Assembly: GCF_001457615.1 (NCBI RefSeq)
Contig: NZ_LN831024.1
Coordinates: 660,001-692,000, forward strand
Origin: Pseudomonas aeruginosa
GTDB lineage: Bacteria > Pseudomonadota > Gammaproteobacteria > Pseudomonadales > Pseudomonadaceae
Direction: 5' to 3'
DNA: 32,000 nt
The notes beneath the pieces were generated by a model. It did no database searches. It saw only the letters and a program-made list of their open reading frames with translations, and was not told the origin of the DNA. A program made the position numbers and the translations under genes. Every line of letters starts with the position of its first letter. The stretch's first letter is position 1. This document shows positions 1-7,052 of the stretch, piece by piece.

Positions 1-1
1 C

Positions 2-823
2 AGCTTCACCCGCGAGGACTATGAAAACGCGGTAGGAAGGATCAAGGACTACATCCTGGCCGGCGACTGCATGCAGGTGGTGCCGTCGCAGCGCATGTCC
101 ATCGAATTCAAGGCGGCGCCCATCGACCTGTACCGCGCGCTGCGCTGTTTCAATCCGACGCCCTACATGTACTTCTTCAACTTCGGCGACTTCCATGTCG
201 TGGGCAGCTCGCCGGAGGTGCTGGTACGGGTCGAGGATGGCCTGGTGACGGTGCGCCCGATCGCCGGTACCCGTCCGCGCGGGATCAACGAAGAGGCCGA
301 CCTGGCACTGGAGCAGGATCTGCTGTCGGACGCCAAGGAGATCGCCGAGCACCTGATGCTGATCGACCTGGGGCGCAACGACGTGGGGCGGGTGTCCGAT
401 ATCGGCGCGGTGAAGGTCACCGAAAAAATGGTGATCGAACGTTACTCCAACGTCATGCACATCGTGTCCAACGTCACCGGGCAATTGCGCGAGGGGCTCA
501 GCGCGATGGACGCGCTGCGGGCGATTCTGCCGGCGGGCACTCTATCCGGCGCGCCGAAGATCCGCGCCATGGAGATCATCGACGAGCTGGAGCCGGTCAA
601 GCGTGGAGTCTACGGCGGCGCGGTCGGCTACCTGGCATGGAACGGCAACATGGACACCGCCATTGCCATCCGCACCGCGGTGATCAAGAACGGTGAACTC
701 CACGTGCAGGCCGGCGGCGGTATCGTTGCCGACTCGGTGCCCGCGCTGGAGTGGGAAGAAACCATCAACAAGCGCCGGGCGATGTTCCGCGCCGTGGCGC
801 TGGCCGAGCAGAGCGTCGAATAA
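2..823 (+). CDS. trpE: Anthranilate synthase component I, C-terminal part (5' end lies outside the window)
   Basis: The frame is open from base 2 ([31 protein letters not shown]...) to the TAA at 821-823. It shows chorismate-binding motifs ([45 protein letters not shown]). Third-position GC is very high. Confidence 0.95.
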   Translation, partial: SFTREDYENAVGRIKDYILAGDCMQVVPSQRMSIEFKAAPIDLYRALRCFNPTPYMYFFNFGDFHVVGSSPEVLVRVEDGLVTVRPIAGTRPRGINEEADLALEQDLLSDAKEIAEHLMLIDLGRNDVGRVSDIGAVKVTEKMVIERYSNVMHIVSNVTGQLREGLSAMDALRAILPAGTLSGAPKIRAMEIIDELEPVKRGVYGGAVGYLAWNGNMDTAIAIRTAVIKNGELHVQAGGGIVADSVPALEWEETINKRRAMFRAVALAEQSVE

Positions 824-848
824 GACGGCGCGAGGCGGAAGAAAAGAA

Positions 849-880
849 GGCGGATGGCGTTTGCGTCATCCGCCTTTTTT
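849..880. terminator. Rho-independent terminator between convergent trpE and prtN, probably bidirectional
   Basis: The stem GGCGGATGGCG (849-859) pairs with CGTCATCCGCC (864-874) and includes one G-U pair. The loop is TTTG. A T6 run follows on the + strand (875-880), and TTCTTTTC follows on the - strand (complement of 841-848). Confidence 0.7.
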
Positions 881-1008
881 GTGCCCGGCTGGACCCACGC
901 ATTGGCTTCGCCCTACGCGGCACCGCTTTCGTAGGGCGAATATCGCGGTGCGATATCCGCCGGGCGGAGCATGGTGTCGCTCCCGCGATGTAGGCGACGG
1001 CGGGCCGC

Positions 1009-1323
1009 TCAGGGGGCGATGCTGTCCGCGCCTGGCGGTGCTCGACGGGCGCCTCCGGCTTGGTTCGCGCGCTGGTCGACGTAGGCGGCGAGGTGATCGA
1101 GGGCCACGAACTGCATGGCCTTGTGGCTATCGTCGAGGGTCGTCACCGGCAGGGCGATCCGCCCGCATGCCAGGGCCTTGCTGAAGTTTTCCTTGTTCAG
1201 GTTGCGAAACCAGCGTTCGCGGACCTGCTCCAGCGGCACCAGGACGTCGCCGAAGATGCGGTAGACCAATTCCACGGTTTCCTGGCGTGGAATCGGAGTG
1301 CTAGGGGCGATGGATGGCTGCAT
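1009..1323 (-). CDS. prtN: Pyocin transcriptional activator PrtN (104 aa)
   Basis: The ORF is 104 aa ([47 protein letters not shown]...). The length, sequence and position next to prtR match my memory of PA0610. AGGAGGG lies upstream on the minus strand (complement of 1330-1336). Confidence 0.9.
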   Translation of the reverse strand: MQPSIAPSTPIPRQETVELVYRIFGDVLVPLEQVRERWFRNLNKENFSKALACGRIALPVTTLDDSHKAMQFVALDHLAAYVDQRANQAGGARRAPPGADSIAP

Positions 1324-1358
1324 GGTATTCCCTCCTGCGGCTACACGTCGTTGAGGGA

Positions 1359-1387
1359 AATATAGCTCAGGTTGTTTTCTTGTTCAA
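1359..1387 (-). promoter_or_regulatory. Candidate sigma70 promoter of prtN: TTGAAC, 17-nt spacer, TATATT
   Basis: Read on the minus strand, the -35 TTGAAC is the complement of 1382-1387 and the -10 TATATT is the complement of 1359-1364, with exactly 17 nt between them. It lies 36 nt upstream of the prtN ATG. Both elements overlap the repeated ATAGCT-N3-GTTGT motif. Confidence 0.55.
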
Positions 1388-1401
1388 TAGCTGAAGTTGT
1401 A
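1362..1401 (+). promoter_or_regulatory. Two copies of the motif ATAGCT-N3-GTTGT(T/A), 25 bp apart. Candidate PrtR operator.
   Basis: ATAGCTcagGTTGTT lies at 1362-1376 and ATAGCTgaaGTTGTA at 1387-1401. A third copy, ATAGCTttgGTTGTA, lies at 2251-2265 inside the ptrB promoter. Confidence 0.45.
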
Positions 1402-1422
1402 GAGCGGGCGAGCGCCAGGCGC

Positions 1423-2193
1423 TCACCGCACCAGGGACGGGCCGCGCCGGTGGCGTACGGTGGACCACCAGAAGACCCAACCGATCATGCTGATCTGGCG
1501 GCTGCGCATGTCCTCCGGCGAGTACTCCTCGTCCGGATATTCCTCGCGGTTGAAGCTGCGCAGGCGAATGCCGCCGCCGGGCAGGCGATAGACGAACTTC
1601 ACCCGCAGCATGCCGTCATGTTCGAGGGCGTAGATCTCGCCATCGGTGATATGGGTGGTGGCGGTGTCCACGCCGATGGTGGAGCCATCCATGATCAGCG
1701 GTTCCATGCTGTTGCCGGTGAGTTGGGCGCAGATCGCCGCCGACGGATCGACGCCCGAGGCTCGCAGCGTGGCATAGGAAAAACGCAGCTTGCGCCCCTC
1801 TATCTCGCGTACCGCAGTGCGTCCGGCGCCGGCGGACATCTCCACTTCCTTGTACAGCGGCAGTTCCACTTCGTCTTCGTCCAGCGGTGTGTCGCTGTCC
1901 CACGGATGCAGCGGTTCCAGCACCAATGGGCTGCCATCGGCCACGGACACGGCACTGCGCGCGGCTGGAGCGCCTTCGCCGGTCTGCAGCCAGACCGGCG
2001 AGACGCCCAGGGCCGCCGCGATCTCGATCAGCTTGCGGGTGCTCTGGGCCTTGCCCGAGGTCAGCTTGTGAATGGTGTTCTGCGAAACCCCTGCCGCTTC
2101 GGCGAGGGTTTCCTGCTTCAGGTTGCGCATCGCCATGGCCTGCTTGAGGCGAGCGGCGAAGCTGTCGGGCGGGATCTGGGTGCTCTTGTCCAT
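1423..2193 (-). CDS. prtR: Pyocin repressor PrtR: lambda CI/LexA-like HTH plus S24 peptidase domain (256 aa from the ATG)
   Basis: The N-terminal HTH reads QETLAEAAGVSQNTIHKLTSGK. The C-terminal S24 autoprotease shows GNSMEP and a downstream Lys (LRVKFVY), with a candidate cleavage region SAGAG. The ORF track starts at an upstream TTG (2202). I chose the ATG at 2193 (MDKSTQIPP...), which gives the 256 aa I recall for PA0611. Confidence 0.93.
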   Translation of the reverse strand: MDKSTQIPPDSFAARLKQAMAMRNLKQETLAEAAGVSQNTIHKLTSGKAQSTRKLIEIAAALGVSPVWLQTGEGAPAARSAVSVADGSPLVLEPLHPWDSDTPLDEDEVELPLYKEVEMSAGAGRTAVREIEGRKLRFSYATLRASGVDPSAAICAQLTGNSMEPLIMDGSTIGVDTATTHITDGEIYALEHDGMLRVKFVYRLPGGGIRLRSFNREEYPDEEYSPEDMRSRQISMIGWVFWWSTVRHRRGPSLVR

Positions 2194-2200
2194 GCTCGGC

Positions 2201-2229
2201 AATCTACAGATCGATGGATTTTCTGTAAA
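2201..2229 (-). promoter_or_regulatory. Candidate prtR promoter: TTTACA, 17-nt spacer, TAGATT. The -10 ends only about 7 nt before the ATG, so the mRNA may be leaderless.
   Basis: On the minus strand, the -35 TTTACA is the complement of 2224-2229 and the -10 TAGATT is the complement of 2201-2206, with 17 nt between. No Shine-Dalgarno sequence lies between the -10 and ATG 2193. Confidence 0.4.
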
Positions 2230-2240
2230 GAGCCTAGGTG

Positions 2241-2269
2241 TTGACGATAAATAGCTTTGGTTGTAATTT
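2241..2269 (+). promoter_or_regulatory. Candidate sigma70 promoter for the ptrB/Q-like operon: TTGACG, 17-nt spacer, TAATTT. It overlaps the third operator-like motif.
   Basis: TTGACG lies at 2241-2246 and TAATTT at 2264-2269, with a 17-nt spacer. ATAGCTttgGTTGTA at 2251-2265 covers the spacer and the start of the -10. The promoter sits back-to-back with the candidate prtR promoter, with only 11 bp between the two -35 elements. Confidence 0.55.
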
Positions 2270-2650
2270 CTCTTCCGTCAGAAAGCGGAAGGGGTGGGTT
2301 CCACAACTTCCCACCCGCCTTTCAGAGATTTCACATGGGTGCAGGGACGCACCCGGTTGTCGGCGACCGACGATGCAGGTGCCGACTGCTTGGGTGCCGG
2401 GGCCATGGGAAAGCGCTCCGGCACCTGGAGGGCCGGAGCGCCGTCCATGCAGACGCTCCGTCCCGCTCATTCATTCTGTCGCCGACCTGCTTCAGGTACG
2501 GCGGCGTCGTACAGGGAGTCATTGCCATGTCGCGAGATACGCACTCGCCATTTCCGCGCAGAGGAACGCAGGTCGCCGAACCGGCGCCGCGCATCTGTCA
2601 TGTTCCATCCATTCGGCCGTCGGGCGTCGGGCACGCCAGGGAGGCTTTCC

Positions 2651-2851
2651 ATGGCTGACCTTGCCGATCACGCCAACGAACTGGTCCTGGCTCGCCTCGA
2701 CGGCCTCCTGGCGGCGCGCCCGGCGCTGGCCATCCGCGAGTCCGCGGAAGACTGCGAGGACTGCGGCGAGCCCATTCCCCAGGCGCGCCGCCGGGCGGCA
2801 CCGGGCTGCAGTCGCTGCATCGACTGCCAGGACCGCCACGAGCGCCGTTGA
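2651..2851 (+). CDS. ptrB: PtrB, a TraR/DksA-type C4 zinc-finger protein (66 aa)
   Basis: The sequence is MADLADHANELVLARLDGLLAARPALAIRESAEDCEDCGEPIPQARRRAAPGCSRCIDCQDRHERR, with a CxxC-N17-CxxC motif. GGGAGG lies at 2638-2643, 7 nt before the ATG. The same frame stays open upstream to 2294, but that stretch shows no coding bias. Confidence 0.85.
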   Translation: MADLADHANELVLARLDGLLAARPALAIRESAEDCEDCGEPIPQARRRAAPGCSRCIDCQDRHERR

Positions 2852-2898
2852 ACCGACCTCATGCCGAGCCCTCGCGGGCAGTGAAAGGAGACACGACC

Positions 2899-3258
2899 GT
2901 GATCAAAGCCATCGATGAAATGCTCAAGCTCTGGGCCGAGGAAATGCACGCGCCAGGCAGCAACGGAGGCGGCTACGCCGGCGGCAACCTGATCGCCATG
3001 CTGATCGCCAGCAAGGGCGAGGTGGTCCGCGGCCACCGTGGCAGCCGGGTGATCCTCGACCGTGTGGCGGAGGTCGATCGCCTGGTAAATCGCCTACCCG
3101 AGGAACTGAAGAACGTGGTGGTGGAGCACTATCTCAATCGCGACAGCTTCCCCGAGCAGAAGTACCGCCACTGCGGTTGCAGCCGCAACACCTTCTATCT
3201 GCGCCTGCATGTGGCGCACCAGGGTATCCAGGACGGCCTGCTGCGGCGGGTGGCCTGA
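2899..3258 (+). CDS. Phage antiterminator Q-like protein of the QuuD / phage 21-82 type (PA0613 equivalent, 119 aa from the GTG)
   Basis: AAGGAG at 2885-2890 lies 8 nt before GTG 2899. The track's ATG at 2848 overlaps the ptrB stop and has no SD. The N-terminus reads ...IDEMLKLWAEEMH... and the C-terminus ELKNVVVEHYLNRD...YRHCGCSRNTFYLRLHVAHQGIQDGLL. From memory this resembles the small Q proteins of lambdoid prophages (QuuD: ...LHDLLVDYYV...CCSDGYIGKRLQKAEGIIEGML). The size is similar (119 vs about 127 aa). Confidence 0.7.
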   Translation: MIKAIDEMLKLWAEEMHAPGSNGGGYAGGNLIAMLIASKGEVVRGHRGSRVILDRVAEVDRLVNRLPEELKNVVVEHYLNRDSFPEQKYRHCGCSRNTFYLRLHVAHQGIQDGLLRRVA

Positions 3259-3297
3259 GTTCCTGGACCGGATACCGTGTCCCCCCTGGAATTTTCC

Positions 3298-3322
3298 AAC
3301 CGGCCTTCGAGCCGGTTTTTTT
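3298..3322 (+). terminator. Intrinsic terminator immediately after the Q-like gene
   Basis: The structure is AA-CCGGC (3300-3304), loop CTTCGA, GCCGG (3311-3315), then T7 (3316-3322). It begins 40 nt after the stop codon. Confidence 0.75.
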
Positions 3323-3527
3323 ATGCCTGTCGCCCATGGAGGCGGCGAGCCCCATGCACAGCAGCGGACCCTGCACGCTAGAGGCGGGTTCGGGCTGGCG
3401 GAGCCGTCCTTTTCGTCAGTCGATGCCGGGCTTTTCCATATCGGAAGTGGGTACGCGCTTGCCCGGATGCCTGGCGAAGGTTCCCAGGGCGGTATATCAC
3501 CCTCATATCGTGGTGCGTCTCCCTCCT

Positions 3528-3575
3528 ATTGCAGTGGATTGTCGAGAAGGCATTGCCGGGCTGGGAATCGGGCGG
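3528..3575 (+). promoter_or_regulatory. P-box-like array of ATTG repeats. Candidate PrtN-dependent late promoter region.
   Basis: The array reads ATTGcaGTgg (3528), ATTGtcGAgaaggc (3538), ATTGccGGgctggga (3552), ATCGggcGG (3567). It resembles the published P-box repeat ATTGnn(n)GTnn(n) as I remember it. An A/T-rich stretch (GTAAAAAGTAGTCATTCTTGTAAAGG, 3575-3600) follows and could supply a -10. Confidence 0.5.
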
Positions 3576-3633
3576 TAAAAAGTAGTCATTCTTGTAAAGG
3601 TGCGTCCCCAGGGAGGCACTCGTGAAGCACCGG

Positions 3634-3659
3634 AACCCGGCCCTGGCGCCGGGTTTTTT
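3634..3659 (+). terminator. Intrinsic terminator in the leader between the P-box promoter region and hol
   Basis: The structure is AA-CCCGGC (3636-3641), a 6-nt loop, GCCGGG (3648-3653), then T6 (3654-3659). It lies 58 nt upstream of the hol ATG and downstream of the P-box. Confidence 0.7.
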
Positions 3660-3717
3660 ATTGCCCGGGAAAACGTTCGTGCGGACGTGCCCGGCGCTGC
3701 CTGCCAAGGAGGGACCC

Positions 3718-4071
3718 ATGGGCAACGAACCGCAGACACTGACGGAAATGCCGCTCTGGGTACTGATCCTGCTCGCCGCGCTGGGCGGCGTCAGCGGCGA
3801 GATGTGGCGTGCCGACAAGGCCGGTCTCGGCGGCTGGGCCTTGTTGCGGCGCCTGGCGCTGCGCTCCGGCGCGTCGATTGTCTGCGGCGTGGCGGTGATG
3901 CTGCTGGCATTGGCTTGCGGCGCCGCGCTGCTGTTCGCCGCGGCGCTGGGCAGCCTGACCGCCGCGGCCGGCGCGGAGATCGCAGTCGGTCTCTACGAAC
4001 GCTGGGCCGCCCGGCGCCTGGGGGTTTGCGAGCTGCCCGAGGAACAGTCGGACGACCGTGGCCCGCATTGA
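3718..4071 (+). CDS. hol: Pyocin holin (117 aa)
   Basis: AAGGAGGG at 3706-3713 precedes ATG 3718. The protein is small with hydrophobic segments (PLWVLILLAALGGVSG; IVCGVAVMLLALACGAALLFAAALGSL) and a charged C-terminus. It matches my memory of PA0614. The upstream extension to 3622 overlaps the terminator and was rejected. Confidence 0.85.
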   Translation: MGNEPQTLTEMPLWVLILLAALGGVSGEMWRADKAGLGGWALLRRLALRSGASIVCGVAVMLLALACGAALLFAAALGSLTAAAGAEIAVGLYERWAARRLGVCELPEEQSDDRGPH

Positions 4072-4092
4072 AACTGATCGAAGGAGTCAACC

Positions 4093-5162
<1,070 letters not shown>

Positions 5163-5207
5163 ACATACGACGGGGCTGCCGAAGGGCGGTCCGTCGAACA
5201 TTCAACC

Positions 5208-5234
5208 GGCCCGCGCGAGCGGGCCTTTTCGTTT
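5208..5234 (+). terminator. Intrinsic-terminator-like hairpin between the gpV-like and gpW-like genes
   Basis: The stem is GGCCCGC (5208-5214), loop GCGA, GCGGGCC (5219-5225), followed by TTTTCGTTT. Confidence 0.55.
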
Positions 5235-5314
5235 GCGGAGTTCGCCATGGGCAACACTCACAGCCATTCGGAGCCAGGCGCGGCCTGTCTCTGCCGGAGC
5301 GGGAGGGCAGGGCG

Positions 5315-5641
5315 ATGATCGGGATGGATCGCCGTAGCGGGCTACCCCTGTCCGGCCTGGCTCATCTTAAACAGTCCGTCGAGGACATCCTGACCACCCC
5401 GTTGGGCAGCAGGCGCATGCGCCCCGAGTACGGCAGCAAGCTGCGGCGGATGGTCGACATGCCGGTGAGCGAAGGCTGGAAAAGCGCCGTGCAGGCCGAG
5501 GTAGCCCGTTCCCTGGGGCGCTGGGAACCGCGCATCGGATTGTCTGCCGTGCGAGTCGTCGCGGTCGTCGATGGCCGCGTGGATCTGCTCCTGAGCGGCG
5601 TGTTCGAGGGCGAGAACATCAATATGGAGGTCTCGGCGTGA
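5315..5641 (+). CDS. Baseplate wedge protein, P2 gpW / GPW_gp25 lysozyme-like (108 aa)
   Basis: GGGAGGG at 5301-5307 precedes ATG 5315. The sequence ...LKQSVEDILTTPLGSRRMRPEYGSKL... is the typical gp25/gpW signature. The track's extension to 5159 was rejected. Confidence 0.85.
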   Translation: MIGMDRRSGLPLSGLAHLKQSVEDILTTPLGSRRMRPEYGSKLRRMVDMPVSEGWKSAVQAEVARSLGRWEPRIGLSAVRVVAVVDGRVDLLLSGVFEGENINMEVSA

Positions 5642-6525
5642 TCATCGATCTTTCCCAGTTGCCGGAGCCAGAGGTTATCGAAAACCTCGATTTCGAGACG
5701 ATTTACCAAGAGCTGTTGGGCGACTTCCGCGAAGCCATGGCTGGCGAATGGACAGCGGAGGTGGAGTCCGATCCGGTTCTCAAGCTTCTGCAACTGGCGG
5801 CCTATCGAGAACTGCTGCTGCGGGCGCGGATCAACGATGCGGCGCGGGCGGTGATGCTGGCATACGCCAGCGGTGCCGATCTCGACCAGATCGGTGCCGG
5901 CTTCAATGTGCAGCGTTTGCTGATCAGGCCCGCTCAGCCCGAGGCGGTACCGCCGGTGGAGGCGCAATACGAGAGCGACAAGTCGCTGCGCAATCGCATC
6001 CAGCTCGCGTTCGAGCAGCTGTCCGTCGCAGGACCGCGGAACGCCTATATAGCCCATGCGCTGGGCGCGGATGGAAGGGTGGCGGATGCCTCTGCGACCA
6101 GTCCGGCGCCCTGCGAAGTGCTGATCAGCGTGCTCGGGGTGGAAGGCAACGGGCAGGCACCGGAAGCGGTGTTGCAGGCAGTGCGCCTGGCGCTGAACGC
6201 GGAGGACGTGCGTCCTGTCGCGGATCGGGTAACGGTGCGCTCGGCAGGCATCGTTCCCTATCAGGTCAAGGCGCAGCTCTACCTGTTTCCCGGTCCCGAG
6301 GCCGAGCTGATCCGTGCCGCCGCCGAGGCTTCGCTGCGCGACTACATTTCCGCCCAGCGCCGCCTGGGCCGCGACATCCGGCGTTCGGCCCTGTTCGCCA
6401 CCCTGCATGTCGAAGGCGTGCAGCGCGTCGAACTGCAGGAGCCTGCGGCCGACGTGGTCCTGGATGAAACCCAGGCGGCCTATTGCACGGGGTACGCGAT
6501 CACCTTGGGAGGCGTCGATGAGTAG
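5638..6525 (+). CDS. Baseplate protein, P2 gpJ-like (295 aa)
   Basis: The GTG start overlaps the gpW-like stop (GTGA), and GGAGG lies at 5626-5630. It has the baseplate J architecture and conserved synteny. Confidence 0.9.
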   Translation: MIIDLSQLPEPEVIENLDFETIYQELLGDFREAMAGEWTAEVESDPVLKLLQLAAYRELLLRARINDAARAVMLAYASGADLDQIGAGFNVQRLLIRPAQPEAVPPVEAQYESDKSLRNRIQLAFEQLSVAGPRNAYIAHALGADGRVADASATSPAPCEVLISVLGVEGNGQAPEAVLQAVRLALNAEDVRPVADRVTVRSAGIVPYQVKAQLYLFPGPEAELIRAAAEASLRDYISAQRRLGRDIRRSALFATLHVEGVQRVELQEPAADVVLDETQAAYCTGYAITLGGVDE

Positions 6526-7051
6526 CCGACTGCTGCCGCCAAACAGGAGTTCTCTGGAACGCTCTCTGGGTGATGTATTGCCTGCCGAACTGCCGGTGCC
6601 GCTTCGTGAGCTTCACGATCCGGCACGCTGTGAGGCGGCCTTGTTGCCCTACCTGGCCTGGACGCGCTCGGTGGACCGCTGGGACCCGGACTGGAGCGAC
6701 GAGGCCAAGCGCAATGCGGTAGCGACGTCCTTCGTCCTGCACCAGCGCAAAGGCACGCTGACCGCGTTGCGCCAAGTGGTCGAGCCGATCGGTGCGCTGA
6801 GCGAGGTCACCGAATGGTGGCAGCGAAGCCCGCTTGGCGTGCCGGGGACCTTCGAGATCACCGTGGACGTCAGCGACCGTGGCATCGACGAAGGCACCGT
6901 ACTGGAGCTGGAGCGCTTGCTCGATGACGTCCGCCCGGTGAGCAGACACCTGACCCGGCTGGACCTGCGCATTACCCCGGTAATCCGGTCCCGTCACGGA
7001 CTGGCCGTGACCGACGGCGACACCCTGGAAATCTTCCCCTGGAAACAGTGA
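6518..7051 (+). CDS. Baseplate/tail protein, P2 gpI-like (177 aa)
   Basis: GGGAGG at 6507-6512 precedes ATG 6518, and the gene overlaps the gpJ-like stop. MSSRLLPPNRSSLERSLGDV...LLPYLAWTRSVDRWD is typical of phage tail protein I. Confidence 0.85.
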   Translation: MSSRLLPPNRSSLERSLGDVLPAELPVPLRELHDPARCEAALLPYLAWTRSVDRWDPDWSDEAKRNAVATSFVLHQRKGTLTALRQVVEPIGALSEVTEWWQRSPLGVPGTFEITVDVSDRGIDEGTVLELERLLDDVRPVSRHLTRLDLRITPVIRSRHGLAVTDGDTLEIFPWKQ

Positions 7052-7052
7052 C

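Noticed and set aside
2234-2658. ORFs in the prtR-ptrB intergenic region (2257-2658 +, 2331-2594 -, 2467-2652 -, 2234-2470 -) as possible new small genes.
   Set aside because: They overlap each other in several frames. Hand-counted third-position GC for the 2467-2652 ORF is about 62%, no better than the local base composition. They have no SDs and no recognisable motifs.
3323-3625. ORFs 3177-3578 and 3209-3625 between the Q-like gene and hol as possible coding genes.
   Set aside because: They start inside or upstream of the 3298-3322 terminator and run through the P-box and leader. Their sequence is low-complexity with weak third-position bias. The region is better explained as regulatory DNA.
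3622-3717. N-terminal extensions offered by the ORF track: hol from 3622, gpW-like from 5159, gpI-like from 6314, lys from 16153, Rz-like from 16725, trpD from 18320, vfr from 21187, Q-like from 2848, prtR from TTG 2202.
   Set aside because: In each case an internal start with a good Shine-Dalgarno, or an overlap with the upstream stop, gives the conserved family N-terminus. The extensions run through terminators or upstream genes and have poor codon bias.
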